The notes: generated by a model from the sequence alone, not told the origin. Counted from the first letter of the stretch, positions 1 through 10,472 are shown. The stretch: 64,000 bases of DNA from Deltaproteobacteria bacterium (GCA_029261835.1 JAJDAO010000031.1:18-64017), one strand, 5' to 3'. Translations and numbers: made by a program.

Positions 1-1
1 C

Positions 2-361
2 TTCGAGAAGCGCGCCGTCGAAGAGACGGCGCACTTCACCGGCGAAGTCTCTGACCGCGCAGCGCTGATCAAGGCTGTCGACGGGATCGAAGACGCGGAA
101 GTCAGCAAGCGCGTTCACGAGATGTTGAAGGCGGCCGACAGCGCGTGCTCGAATCTCTTCAAGCGCAACGGGTCTTCGAAGGGCGGCCCGACTGAGTCGG
201 GAGGCAGCGCGAACGAAGAGCTTCAGTCCAAGGCCGACGACATCGCCAAGGCCGAAGGCTTCAAGGGCACGGCGGCGGACGCCTACGCGAAGGCGTGCGA
301 CGTCCATCCCGAGCTTGCCAAGCGCGCGCTGAACGAAGGTAACAAGACCGCCGCAGCCTGA
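2..361 (+). CDS. C-terminal part of capsid scaffold-like protein (5' partial)
   Basis: Frame open from base 2 (FEKRAVEETAHF...) to TGA at 361; helical and charged; directly upstream of capsid genes. Confidence 0.7.
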   Translation, partial: FEKRAVEETAHFTGEVSDRAALIKAVDGIEDAEVSKRVHEMLKAADSACSNLFKRNGSSKGGPTESGGSANEELQSKADDIAKAEGFKGTAADAYAKACDVHPELAKRALNEGNKTAAA

Positions 362-427
362 CGACAAGAGCACGCCGTCACGGCGCAGCAACGAACCCCG
401 AACTGAACTACGACAAGAGGTAAGAAC

Positions 428-799
428 ATGACCACGGAGAGCCTAAGCAGCATCTCCCTGAACCCTGTCGGCACCATCGCCGCAGGTTCTTTCGTCAAGC
501 AGAACGCGACTGGCGTGATCGTCGCGGCCGACCCGAATGACCTCGTCATCGGTGTCGCGCTCACGGCGGCCGTCGCCGCAGACGCCGCGCTCGCCGTCGC
601 CAAGATGGACGGCGGTCGCGTGCCGATGCTCGCCGGCGCAGCAATCACGCAGGGAGCGGCCGTCACTTCCGACGCGTCGGGTCGAGCCGTGACTGCAACG
701 ACCGGAGATTCGATCTTCGGGCATGCGGCGCAGGCTGCCGGTGCGGCGGATGTCTTCGTCGACGTGATCCTTCTCTACTCGGGTCTGCTCCCCGCCTGA
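428..799 (+). CDS. Capsid cement/decoration protein (DUF2190-like)
   Basis: 123 aa Ala/Gly-rich, AGAAITQGAAVTSDASGRAV motif, immediately before capsid gene. Confidence 0.7.
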   Translation: MTTESLSSISLNPVGTIAAGSFVKQNATGVIVAADPNDLVIGVALTAAVAADAALAVAKMDGGRVPMLAGAAITQGAAVTSDASGRAVTATTGDSIFGHAAQAAGAADVFVDVILLYSGLLPA

Positions 800-862
800 C
801 CTGTCAACTCGCCAACGAAAACCGTCTCACTTTCCCGAGACACAAGACCGAAGGGTGCAACG

Positions 863-1864
863 ATGACGACCACGATGCAGAAGTCTGTCGCCACCAGCCC
901 GCAGGCGGGTGACGTCCACGTCAACACGCCGCTTTCCAACTTCGCCACCAAGTTCCTGCAAGATACGGATGCGTTCGTCGCGCTCCGTGCAATGCCGGGC
1001 CTTCCCGTGGCGAAGCAGTCCGACCTCTACTGGGAGTTCAACCCCGACGACTTCCGTCGCGATCAGGCCAAGCGCCGCGCCGACGGCACCGAGTCGGCGG
1101 GCGCTGACTTCCGCCTGTCAACTTCGCCCTACTTCGCCGATGTCGACGCTCTGCACAAGGACGTGAGCGATCGCCAGCGCGCGAACCAGGACGAGGGCAT
1201 CCAGCTCGACCGCACGTCGACCGAGTTCCTGATGCAGCTCATGCTGATTCGTCGCGAGAAGCTCTGGCGCGACGCGTTCTTCGGTACGGGCCTCTGGGAC
1301 ACAGACGTTGTCGGTACGACCGACTTCGTGAAGTGGGACGCCGCGAGTTCTGATCCGATCCTGAACATCCGCGTCGGTAAGCGCGTCGTTCAGGGCAAGA
1401 CTGGCTTCCGGCCGAACAAGCTCGTCATCGGGCGCGCGCCTTACGACGCGATCCTCGACAACGACGCAGTGCTCGACCGCATCAGCGGCGGAGCCACGAC
1501 CGCGCTTCCGGCGATGGTCATGCGTCAGCGTCTCGCAGAGCTTCTCGAACTCGACGTGATTCACGTCATGGACGCGATCGAGACGACCACTGCGAAGGGC
1601 GCCGCGACCGAGGCTCAGGCGTTCATCGGTGGCGACAACGCGCTGCTGTACTACGCGCCGGATGCACTCGCGTTCGGCTCGCCGACCGCCGGCGCTACGT
1701 TCAACTGGACCGGCTTCGTCGGCGCGGATGCCAACGGATCGCGCGTGAAGCGCTTCCGCATGGAAGCTCTCGCAAGCGACCGGATCGAAGCCGAGATGGC
1801 CTTCGATCACAAGCTCGTCGGCAGCTCCCTCGGGTACTTCTTCAGCGATTGCACTGCTGCCTGA
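863..1864 (+). CDS. Major capsid protein
   Basis: 333 aa; HVNTPLSNFA, PVAKQSDLY, DPILNI...GFRPNKLVIG motifs typical of gpE-like HK97-fold capsids; position. Confidence 0.85.
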   Translation: MTTTMQKSVATSPQAGDVHVNTPLSNFATKFLQDTDAFVALRAMPGLPVAKQSDLYWEFNPDDFRRDQAKRRADGTESAGADFRLSTSPYFADVDALHKDVSDRQRANQDEGIQLDRTSTEFLMQLMLIRREKLWRDAFFGTGLWDTDVVGTTDFVKWDAASSDPILNIRVGKRVVQGKTGFRPNKLVIGRAPYDAILDNDAVLDRISGGATTALPAMVMRQRLAELLELDVIHVMDAIETTTAKGAATEAQAFIGGDNALLYYAPDALAFGSPTAGATFNWTGFVGADANGSRVKRFRMEALASDRIEAEMAFDHKLVGSSLGYFFSDCTAA

Positions 1865-1882
1865 TCGCTGAACTGCGGTAGG

Positions 1883-1918
1883 CCGCTCCGGGGCCATAGG
1901 TGGAAGGCCCCGGAGCGG
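1883..1918 (+). terminator. 13-bp GC-rich hairpin after capsid gene (terminator or mRNA stabiliser)
   Basis: CCGCTCCGGGGCC...GGCCCCGGAGCGG inverted repeat; weak U-tract. Confidence 0.5.
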
Positions 1919-1956
1919 TTCACTCGACGTCCACCACTTCAAAGCGAGCTTCGACG

Positions 1957-2469
1957 ATGGCGACCACTGCCCCCAACTCACGAGCCGCGCGGCCAACTCG
2001 CGCGGCGCGACCAGGTTTTCGAGCAGGGCTGACCTACGTCGTTGTGCGCCCGATCCGAATCTCTGCGCGCGAGACCTTGCAGCCGGGCCACGTCATCGAG
2101 CCGGGCGCGCTCCGCAGGCACCACATGCGCGCGCTCAACCGGCGTCGCCGCATCGGGCCGCAGGGCCATCCCTACACCGAGTACATGCTCAGCACATGGG
2201 AGAGCCCGGAAGAACGCGACGCGCGCATCGAAGCCGATCGAGTCGCTGCTGAAGAGGCGGCCGAAGAGGCTGCTGAGCGGCGCGCTGCGGTCGCAGCGAA
2301 GATCGAAGAGACGCTCGCCATGCGAGCCGAAGAGCCCGAAGAGCTTCAGGTTCAACTTCTCGCCGAGGCGCTTGGCGTCGACGTCGAGGAACTCGAGATC
2401 CGTCTCGGCGATCGTGAAGACTGGCAAGCGGTCATCGAGAGCATCATCGAAGAGCGCTCGGAAGACTGA
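1957..2469 (+). CDS. Hypothetical protein in head-neck region
   Basis: ORF between capsid and neck genes; ATG at 1957 chosen downstream of hairpin. Confidence 0.6.
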   Translation: MATTAPNSRAARPTRAARPGFRAGLTYVVVRPIRISARETLQPGHVIEPGALRRHHMRALNRRRRIGPQGHPYTEYMLSTWESPEERDARIEADRVAAEEAAEEAAERRAAVAAKIEETLAMRAEEPEELQVQLLAEALGVDVEELEIRLGDREDWQAVIESIIEERSED

Positions 2470-2472
2470 GTC

Positions 2473-2883
2473 ATGCCGCCAAGCCGTCAGGTTCGTCTCG
2501 TGCTGAAAGGCGGCACAGAGCACGTCGAGCGTCAGATGGTAGCGCTCGCGTTCGAAGTGCATGCGAACCTAGGCGAAGACACGCCTCGCGACACGAGCTT
2601 CGCGCGCTCGAACTGGATCCCTGAGATCGGCAAGTCGTTCGAAGGGCTCGCCGGATCGCGCGCGGCTGCCGAGGCGGGTTCGGTCGACTCTGGGCCTTCG
2701 ACGCGCGGGCTTGCGGCGCTGATCTCTGAGTACCGACTGCTTCGCGGGCCGATCTTCCTGACAAATAACGTGACGTACATCGGCGCTTTGAACGACGGGC
2801 ATTCGCCGCAGCAGCCGGCCGGATTTGTTCAGCGCGCGATCGCGCGCGGTGTGCGCACGATCGCGTTGCGGAGAATCGCGTAA
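2473..2883 (+). CDS. Neck/tail completion protein (HK97 gp10-like)
   Basis: TPRDTSFARSNW, NNVTYIGALNDGHSPQQPAGFV motifs. Confidence 0.75.
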   Translation: MPPSRQVRLVLKGGTEHVERQMVALAFEVHANLGEDTPRDTSFARSNWIPEIGKSFEGLAGSRAAAEAGSVDSGPSTRGLAALISEYRLLRGPIFLTNNVTYIGALNDGHSPQQPAGFVQRAIARGVRTIALRRIA

Positions 2884-3308
2884 TGACGAGCCTCGTCGTG
2901 GCTGCCGCGCGCGAGCTGATCTATCAGCGCTTCGTCGACAGATGGCTCGACCTGACACCCTACGTCTTCAACGGCGAGCCAGAAAGCGCGCTCGAAAAGG
3001 GCGTCGCTTCCTACGCCGTTCTCGGAGTCGAGCACGAGCCGAGGAAACTCGACGGTCAGCAGACCATGGGGCCTGCGGGCTCGCGCAGGTTCCTGCGCGA
3101 AGGCCGAGTGTGGATCAGATTCAGCGTCATAGAGAAGGCCGGCTACGCTGCGCTTGATGCGCTAGCCAAGCCCGCGCAGGATGTCTTCGAAGCGAGCACG
3201 TTCTCGGGCGTTCGCATGTTTGATTCGCACTACCGAGAGATCACTCCCGACGGCAAATGGAAGCGCGGGATCGTCGAAACCGAGTTCAACTACCAAGAAA
3301 TCAAGTAA
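2883..3308 (+). CDS. Tail terminator protein
   Basis: 141 aa immediately before tail tube; overlapping stop/start with upstream gene. Confidence 0.65.
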   Translation: MTSLVVAAARELIYQRFVDRWLDLTPYVFNGEPESALEKGVASYAVLGVEHEPRKLDGQQTMGPAGSRRFLREGRVWIRFSVIEKAGYAALDALAKPAQDVFEASTFSGVRMFDSHYREITPDGKWKRGIVETEFNYQEIK

Positions 3309-3320
3309 GGAGAGCCGCAA

Positions 3321-4937
3321 ATGGGACGCGTGCTGACTAACAACATGGGCCTTGCCCGCGCGCGACAGACGTCGCTCGGCGTGCTCGGCGGTTCCCCGAC
3401 CTGGAAGCTCACGGAGCCCAACAGCTTCGGCGAGGCTGGCGCGACGATCGTCAACACTCCGCGCGATCCGATCTCGAAGAATCGGCAACGCCGGAAGGGA
3501 ACCACGACCGACCTCGACAGCAGCATTGAGTACGAAGCCGACCTGACGCTCGACGCGATGCTCGACGCCGTTGAAGAGTATCTCTTCTCTACGGCGGCGA
3601 ACGGCGACCTGACCTTCAGGGGCGGCGATCCAACCGGGACCGGCTTCACTGTTGCCGCCCTGACCGCCACGCAGGCGTCGCGCCTTCAGTGGGTCTCCGG
3701 CGGCATGGCGTCGCTTCTTTACTCGGCTGGCTACCTGCTCGCCGCAAACAACGGTTTGCACGTCCTGACCGCAGACCCCGTCACGACCGACACTGAGCTG
3801 GTGGTCTCGGGACTTTCTGCCGAGACCTCGCCGGCGAACGCCGAAGTCTCGGTCGCTGGCATCCGCGCCGAAGCCGGCGACCTCGCGATGACGATCACGT
3901 CGGGAGTCGGCACGATCACGTCGGGAAACAACTCGGCGACGAACAACATCGACTTCACGACGCTCGGGCTGACGCTTGGTCAGTACATCCACGTCGGCGG
4001 CACGACGTCGGCAAACCAGCCGGCGAGCGCTGCGGCAACGCCGACTTACGGCTACGGGCGAGTCATCGCGATCGCGGCCGGATCGCTCATGATCGACAAG
4101 CTCGAACAGGCGAACGCGATCACGTCGCACCCCGCGCTACTCGCATTCGACGGCACGGATGACAACGCCGCAGGGACGAACGTACCGATCGACCTTCTCT
4201 TCGGTCGATTCGTGCGGAACGTCTCGGTCGATCACGCCGACTACGCCGAGCTGTACACGCAGTTCGAACTCGAATCTCCGAACCTGTTCGAGACCACGCC
4301 GCCGACGCCTGTCGCAAGCCCGGACGGCTTCGAGTACATGCTCGACAACATCGCGAACACTCTCGCGCTGAACTTGCCGCTGACTGACAAGGCGACCATG
4401 TCGCTGAGCTACATCGGGACCGACACCGAGAACCCCGTCGACAACGCGTCGCGCAAGGCGAATGCAACGACTCCGCTCCTGCCTCTCTTCAACGAGGCGT
4501 TCAACACGAGCGCTGACTACGCACGCCTTCGCATCACGGACATCGACGAGGCCGGACTGACGACCGACTTCAAGACGATCTCGCTCACGATCAACGACAA
4601 CGCGAGCGCCGAGAAGGTTCAGGGCCAGCTCGGGGCGAAGTTCCTGAATACCGGAAACTTCCTGATCGATCTCGAAACGAACGTGCTCTTCACGAACCCG
4701 CTCATCCCGGCTCGCATCCGAGATAACGTGACCGTGACGATGGACTTCATCTTGGAGAACGGCGACGGCGCGATCGCCTTCGACATCCCAAGCGGCACGC
4801 TCAGCAGCGGCGGGCGCGAGTACCCCGTGAACGAGTCGGTTCAGGCGTCGCTCACGCTGCAGGCGTTCGAAGACCCGACGCTCGGAACGTCGCTCGGGGT
4901 GAGCTTCTTCCCGATCGTTCCCGCGAGCGCCGCGTAA
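3321..4937 (+). CDS. Major tail tube protein
   Basis: 538 aa; RDPISKNRQRRKGTTTDLD N-terminal motif; RBS AAGGAG; followed by chaperones and tape measure. Confidence 0.8.
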   Translation: MGRVLTNNMGLARARQTSLGVLGGSPTWKLTEPNSFGEAGATIVNTPRDPISKNRQRRKGTTTDLDSSIEYEADLTLDAMLDAVEEYLFSTAANGDLTFRGGDPTGTGFTVAALTATQASRLQWVSGGMASLLYSAGYLLAANNGLHVLTADPVTTDTELVVSGLSAETSPANAEVSVAGIRAEAGDLAMTITSGVGTITSGNNSATNNIDFTTLGLTLGQYIHVGGTTSANQPASAAATPTYGYGRVIAIAAGSLMIDKLEQANAITSHPALLAFDGTDDNAAGTNVPIDLLFGRFVRNVSVDHADYAELYTQFELESPNLFETTPPTPVASPDGFEYMLDNIANTLALNLPLTDKATMSLSYIGTDTENPVDNASRKANATTPLLPLFNEAFNTSADYARLRITDIDEAGLTTDFKTISLTINDNASAEKVQGQLGAKFLNTGNFLIDLETNVLFTNPLIPARIRDNVTVTMDFILENGDGAIAFDIPSGTLSSGGREYPVNESVQASLTLQAFEDPTLGTSLGVSFFPIVPASAA

Positions 4938-4980
4938 TCTAGGGCCAAGCTGGCGCGAACAGAATCAAACTTGGCATAGT

Positions 4981-5016
4981 GACGAGCCGTCCGGGGCGAA
5001 CCTCGGGCGGCTCGTC
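4981..5016 (+). terminator. Hairpin after tail tube gene
   Basis: GACGAGCCGTCCG...CGGGCGGCTCGTC inverted repeat. Confidence 0.45.
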
Positions 5017-5023
5017 TACTTAC

Positions 5024-5488
5024 ATGGCAAGGGCTTACAAAATGGGATCCTTCAATAAGATCAAGTCGCAAGAAGCGAACTCGGATGTCGTGCGCGAATA
5101 CGACATCTACGAACTCGAAGACCCGACGCCGGTTCTTCTCATCCGCTACGCGGGTCGATCGAACAGGGCGCTGACGAAGCGCATGCAGCGCAGGAACAGC
5201 GCGCGACGCGGCTTGACGATTACGGGCGAGCAGGCCGACGCGATCAACCTGAAGAACGCGATCGAGCTTTACCCCGGACCCGAGGGCTGCATCGACGGAT
5301 TCAAGGTCGCGCCGCAGTACGACAACGGCAGCGAGGTTCCGTTCTCCGACTGTCAGAAGTTTCTCGAAGCGATCCCCGACTACGCGATGCGCCGCATCAT
5401 GCTCTTCGCCATGAGCCCCGAGAACTTCGTCGAGCGGCCGGAAGAGATGGTCATCGAAGAAGATCGCGAAGAAGTGGGAAAAGACTAA
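5024..5488 (+). CDS. Tail assembly chaperone (gpG-like)
   Basis: Between tube and tape measure; ends in slippery G GGA AAA. Confidence 0.75.
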   Translation: MARAYKMGSFNKIKSQEANSDVVREYDIYELEDPTPVLLIRYAGRSNRALTKRMQRRNSARRGLTITGEQADAINLKNAIELYPGPEGCIDGFKVAPQYDNGSEVPFSDCQKFLEAIPDYAMRRIMLFAMSPENFVERPEEMVIEEDREEVGKD

Positions 5489-5919
5489 GGGCTCGCCTGC
5501 TCTGGGAGCTTCGCTACACGCGCGACGGCCATTCGATTCAGTCGGCTCTCGCGAAGGGACGTCAGCTCCCTGACTGGTATCTCGAAGAGCCCGCTCTCTC
5601 CGAAGAAGACCGCCTGTTCTACGAAGAGTTCTGGAAGGCGTCGACTGAGCGCATCGTGACGGGACAGGCCATTGGCCCGATTCCATACAGTGCGCTTGAA
5701 GACAGGGCGCGGAGGTCGCCTATCGGCGGCGACGAAGAGCTTGAAGAACTCTTCTGCGCCGTGCTTGGGAACATGGATCGCGGATACCTACAATGGAGCC
5801 GCGAGCAGTTCGATCGTAAGGTGCGCATGAACGCCTCGAAGGCCGGTAAGCCGGGGCAGGCTACGCGCACTCCGAAGCGCTCGTCTTCCATGAAGCCAAG
5901 GGGCCGAGGCCCTCGATAG
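5476..5919 (+). CDS. Tail assembly chaperone -1 frameshift extension (gpT-like)
   Basis: -1 frame open from GGGAAAA (5476-5482): RLRARLLWELRY...FWKASTERIVTGQAIGPIPYSAL. Confidence 0.75.
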   Translation, partial: GKRLRARLLWELRYTRDGHSIQSALAKGRQLPDWYLEEPALSEEDRLFYEEFWKASTERIVTGQAIGPIPYSALEDRARRSPIGGDEELEELFCAVLGNMDRGYLQWSREQFDRKVRMNASKAGKPGQATRTPKRSSSMKPRGRGPR

Positions 5920-5928
5920 AGAGCGCGC

Positions 5929-8928
5929 GTGACTGACTTCCGCATCAATGTCGTTGTCGACCCGCGCTCAGCGCAGACCGGCTTGCGGCAAGTGGAAGGC
6001 CAACTCGGAAAGACAGAAGGCGCGGCGAAGCGCGTAGGCGGCGCACTACGCCGCGCCTTCGCTGTTGCCGGCCTTGGCGTCGGCATCGCATCGGGAATCA
6101 CGCTGCTCGCAGGCTTCTCTCAGGAGATGTCGACGGTCGGCGCGATCACGCGCTCGACGAACTCCGAGTTTGCTGCGCTCGAAGCGCAGGCGCAGCAGCT
6201 AGGAATCACAACCAGGTTCAGCGCTCTCGAAGCCGCGCAGGGAATGTCGTTCCTCGCGCGCGCCGGCTTCGAGGCGAACGAAGTTCTCGCAACGATCGAT
6301 GACACGCTTCGCCTCGCGCAAGCGGGCGCGCTCGGTCTCGGCGAAGCCGCAGACATCGCGTCGAATGTGCTGACGGGTTTCAGGCTCGGGACAGATCAGG
6401 CGGGCCGCGTCGTCGACGTGCTCGCGCTCGCCGCCAACAGCGCGAATACAAACGTAAGCCAGCTCGGTCAGGCGATGAAGTTCGTCGCTCCCGTGGCGGC
6501 CGGACTCGGCGTGTCCCTGGAAGAGTCCGCTGCTGCGGCAGGCGCGCTGTCGAACGCCGGCTTGCAAGCAAGTCTCGCGGGCACGGGCCTGCGCCGCGTG
6601 CTCTCGGAACTCGAATCGCCGAGCGCGAACACGGTCAACATTCTAACCGACATGGGGCTTACGCAGGACCAAGTCGCTGTCAGCAGCGTCGGTCTCGCAC
6701 AAGCGCTGATCAACCTCCGCGACGCTGGCGTCGACACGGGACTCGCGCTCGAACTCTTCGGCGATCGCGGCGGCCCGGCGTTTGAAGTTCTCAGCACATC
6801 GATTCCCGATGTGGTCCGCATGACGCGCGAGCTGCAGAACGCCGACGGCACGGCGCGCAGGATCGCCGACGCCATGGACGACAACCTGAACGGCGCGCTT
6901 CTCAGCGTGCGCTCGGCGTTCCAAGGCTTCTTCTTGTCGCTCGGTCAGGCTGGCGTGACGGACGACCTCGAAGTCTCGCTGCGCGCGCTGGCCGGCGGGC
7001 TGCGATTCCTCGCCTCGAACGCCGACGTCATCGTGTCTTCGATCAAGGCCGCCGGCGCGAGCTTCCTCGTGCTGCGTGCGAGCGCGGCGCTGCTCGCAGC
7101 CGACACGACCAAGCTCGCCGCGTCTCAGGCTGCTCTGGCGACCTCTGCGGCGGCCGCAAGCGCGTCAGAGGTCACGCTGACGCTGAGCACCGGCGGACTG
7201 ATCACGGTCCAAGGCGGGCTCGCTGCGACGACGACAGCCGCATCAGCAGCGGCAGCAGGCATGGTCACGACTCAGGCGGCTCTCTCGGGCGCCACGCTCG
7301 CCACTGCAGGCGCCATGACGACGGGCTCGATCGCGACGAGTGCCTTCGCTGCGGCCTTCACGCGCCTGAAGATCGCCATCTCAACGAACCCGCTCGGCTT
7401 TGCGGCTGTCGCGATCGGAACCGTCGTCGCCGGAATCGTCGCCCTGATCCCCGAAGCAGAGAGCGCGACCGACAAGATGAAGCGCTTCAGGGGTTCCGTG
7501 ATCGACCTCGATCAAGCTGTCAGCGGACTCGAAGGGCTGCGCGCCGATCGCTCGGTTCTTCTCGACATCGGAGCAGATCCGCAAGACATTCGCGCAAATG
7601 CCGAAGCGCAAGTTCAGGCGCTTCAGAACGCGACTTCGAGCATCGTCGCGCAAGCGCGCGACGGCGCCGCTTCGATCGACTTCTCGGACTTGATCAAGAT
7701 CGCGCCCGACCTTCCGCAAGAAACGGTCGACACGCTGATCGCTCAGGGCATGAAGGCTCGCGACGAAGCACTTGCCGGACTCGAAGGCAACGTCGAGCAG
7801 GGCTTCTTCGACAGGCTCTTCGGGCTCGACACGGTCGAGATCGAGCAGACCGCAGCGACGGCTGTTCAGGGGAACGTGAACATCGCGCAAGCCGTCGGCA
7901 TCCTGACTGAGCAACTCAAGGCGCAGAAGGCCGCGCTCGACGATCTCGAGTCTCCCGAAGACGTCGACGCGAAGCGCATCGCCGCACTGACCAAGGTCAG
8001 CGCGGCGCTCGACCAGGAAGCGCACTTGCTCGGCCTGACGGAGACTGCTCGGGATCGGGCGAACCGTCAGATCGCCATCGAGAACGCACTGCTCGAAGAG
8101 GGCGTGAAGCTAGATCCGCAAGAGCGCTTGCTGCTGAAGACGCGCCTTGAAAACCTTCAGGCGCTCGAAGATCAGGCGGCCGTGACTGCGCAGATCAACG
8201 GACCCGCTGAAGACCTTGCGCGCACTCAGGTTGCTCTCGCAGCCGCGTTCGATGCAGGCTCGATCAGCGCGAACCAGTACGCCGACGCGATGGCGAACGC
8301 GCGCGCGAACGCGGGCGCGTTGCAGAACACGTTCTCGGGCGGATTCGAAGCGGGTCTTGCTCAAGTGCGCGCGGGCTTGATGGATATCTCCGGGACCGTG
8401 TCAGGGAGCGTGGTCAACGCTTTCAACAACGCCGAAAACGCTCTCGTCGACTTCGTGACGACGGGCGAGCTGAGCTTCTCGAAGTTCGCTGATGGGCTCG
8501 TCGCCGATGCGGCTCGGATCCTCGCGCAGCAAGGCATCCTCGCGCTGCTGAACTTGGCAACAGGCGGCGCGGGCGGGCTCGCTACGACGGCCCTCGGCGC
8601 AGCCGGCGTGAGCGGCTTCGGCGGCGCGAAAGCAGGTGGCGGCGACGTCTCACCGAACAATGCCTTCCTCGTCGGAGAGCAAGGCCCGGAGCTGTTCACG
8701 CCAGAAGACGGCGGCTCGATCACGCCTGCGGGCGAGACCGCCGCCGCGATTCAAGAGGCGTCTGCGCCGAAGGCGCCCGAAGTGAACGTGAACGTCGAAG
8801 CGACTCCGCAGGTCGTCGTCGTCGACAACCCGGATCGGGTTACAGATATGTTCAACTCTGGCAAGCTCGATCAGCCTGTGATCGAGGTTCTCGGAAGAAA
8901 TCCTGGGTCGGTCGGGGCTCTTACATGA
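5929..8928 (+). CDS. Tape measure protein (TP901-type core, lambda-like C-terminus)
   Basis: 999 aa Ala-rich helical; TTRFSALEAAQGMSFLARAG, FLVGEQGPELFTP motifs. Confidence 0.92.
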   Translation: MTDFRINVVVDPRSAQTGLRQVEGQLGKTEGAAKRVGGALRRAFAVAGLGVGIASGITLLAGFSQEMSTVGAITRSTNSEFAALEAQAQQLGITTRFSALEAAQGMSFLARAGFEANEVLATIDDTLRLAQAGALGLGEAADIASNVLTGFRLGTDQAGRVVDVLALAANSANTNVSQLGQAMKFVAPVAAGLGVSLEESAAAAGALSNAGLQASLAGTGLRRVLSELESPSANTVNILTDMGLTQDQVAVSSVGLAQALINLRDAGVDTGLALELFGDRGGPAFEVLSTSIPDVVRMTRELQNADGTARRIADAMDDNLNGALLSVRSAFQGFFLSLGQAGVTDDLEVSLRALAGGLRFLASNADVIVSSIKAAGASFLVLRASAALLAADTTKLAASQAALATSAAAASASEVTLTLSTGGLITVQGGLAATTTAASAAAAGMVTTQAALSGATLATAGAMTTGSIATSAFAAAFTRLKIAISTNPLGFAAVAIGTVVAGIVALIPEAESATDKMKRFRGSVIDLDQAVSGLEGLRADRSVLLDIGADPQDIRANAEAQVQALQNATSSIVAQARDGAASIDFSDLIKIAPDLPQETVDTLIAQGMKARDEALAGLEGNVEQGFFDRLFGLDTVEIEQTAATAVQGNVNIAQAVGILTEQLKAQKAALDDLESPEDVDAKRIAALTKVSAALDQEAHLLGLTETARDRANRQIAIENALLEEGVKLDPQERLLLKTRLENLQALEDQAAVTAQINGPAEDLARTQVALAAAFDAGSISANQYADAMANARANAGALQNTFSGGFEAGLAQVRAGLMDISGTVSGSVVNAFNNAENALVDFVTTGELSFSKFADGLVADAARILAQQGILALLNLATGGAGGLATTALGAAGVSGFGGAKAGGGDVSPNNAFLVGEQGPELFTPEDGGSITPAGETAAAIQEASAPKAPEVNVNVEATPQVVVVDNPDRVTDMFNSGKLDQPVIEVLGRNPGSVGALT

Positions 8929-10469
8929 CGCTTTTTCAAGGCTCAAGCACAGATCACGAAGCGCTCTTGGCTGACCTCGAAGCGCTCGTTACTGCGAACA
9001 GCCTGACGCTCGCCATCAATGCAGCCGGCACGGGCTACGTCGCCGGCGAGCTGATCACTGTCACGGGCGGGACGTTCACGTCTGCGGCGATCGCTGAGGT
9101 CACTACCGTCGGAGGCGGCGGCGAGGTCACTGGCATCCGCGCGCACCACGCAGGCGCGTACAGCGCGAACCCTGCGGCTACGGGCGCGGCGACGACAGCG
9201 TCGGCCTCGGGCACCGGATGCACGCTCGACACGACGCCAGCGGCGACGGGATGGGAGAGGCAGCGATTCTTGCGCAACCTCGGGCCGACTGTGATCGCGC
9301 TCGTCGTCGCCGGAACTGGCTACGCCGACGACGACATCTTGACAGTCGTCGGGGGCACGTTCACCACGGCTGCGACGATCAGGGTGACAGGCCAGACGGC
9401 CGGCGTGATCGATACGATCGCGATCGAAGATGAAGGCGACTACAGCGTGGCTCCGACCGGAACCCTGACGACAACTGGAGGCACGGGCTCAGGCGCAACG
9501 ATCACGGCGACGTTCAACGGAGTGGTGGGGCTGCGTGAACTGATCTTGAAAGGCGTCGGCAGCGGCGCCGAAGAAATCTTCGTCGGAGCGCGCAGCTACG
9601 TCGACGGAGGCGGCGCGCGAAACTGGGAACTGGCGGGATTCACGGGCTACCTTCCAGCCGAGCAGTGGGAGAATCAGACGGGCATCAGCCCCGGACGCTA
9701 CGACGACGATTTTTCCGCGCAGCGCGGCGGCGCGCATATCTTGCTCAGCAATACGACGATGCCATTCTGGCTCTTCGTCACGTCACGTCGAATCGTTTGC
9801 TGGGCCAAGGTCGGATCGACTTACTCGTCGATGCACGTCGGCCTGCTGAACCCGTTTGCGACCGTCGCCGAATACCCTTACCCGATGTACATCGCGGGCC
9901 AGACCAACGACCCGAACTTGATCTTCTCGTCGTCGGGCATCGCAAACAGCAGCATCGCCGATCCGATCACTTCGAACTCTCGCGGGCCAGGTCTGCTGCG
10001 CCTTGCAAGTGGTTCATGGGTTGACGCGCAGAACAGAACGTCGGCATCTTCGAGCGCTGATCTTCATACGCTTGTCGTGTATCCGACGGGAACGCCAGTC
10101 GCGTCGGGCGGCCCGGCTGCTGATCCGATCGCAGCCGACGACAGAGTCGTCGTGTACGGCTCTTTCGGATGGAACAGCGTCATCCCTAACACGGGCAACC
10201 CTGGATCGCAGTCGCGCCGTTTAGTGCCTACGCCTGACTCCGTGAACGGCGACGTTACCGTTCCGATCCCATGCTCGCTCGCGCTCACCGATGGGACGCT
10301 CGGCGTCGGAATGATGGGCGAGATCGACGGGCTTTTCTGGATCAGCGGCGAGCAGGATTCCGTGATCATCTCCGAAGACACGATCACGGTCGGGGCCGAC
10401 CGATACCTCGTATTCCAGAGCGGCACGCGAACCGAGCTGTTTAGTTTCTGCGCAATGAAGGAAGAGTAA
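8925..10469 (+). CDS. Virion structural (tail) protein with two inserted Gly/Thr-rich domains
   Basis: Follows tape measure; EYPYPMYIAG motif; two GTGY...TVxGGT repeats. Confidence 0.7.
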   Translation: MTLFQGSSTDHEALLADLEALVTANSLTLAINAAGTGYVAGELITVTGGTFTSAAIAEVTTVGGGGEVTGIRAHHAGAYSANPAATGAATTASASGTGCTLDTTPAATGWERQRFLRNLGPTVIALVVAGTGYADDDILTVVGGTFTTAATIRVTGQTAGVIDTIAIEDEGDYSVAPTGTLTTTGGTGSGATITATFNGVVGLRELILKGVGSGAEEIFVGARSYVDGGGARNWELAGFTGYLPAEQWENQTGISPGRYDDDFSAQRGGAHILLSNTTMPFWLFVTSRRIVCWAKVGSTYSSMHVGLLNPFATVAEYPYPMYIAGQTNDPNLIFSSSGIANSSIADPITSNSRGPGLLRLASGSWVDAQNRTSASSSADLHTLVVYPTGTPVASGGPAADPIAADDRVVVYGSFGWNSVIPNTGNPGSQSRRLVPTPDSVNGDVTVPIPCSLALTDGTLGVGMMGEIDGLFWISGEQDSVIISEDTITVGADRYLVFQSGTRTELFSFCAMKEE

Positions 10470-10472
10470 GCG

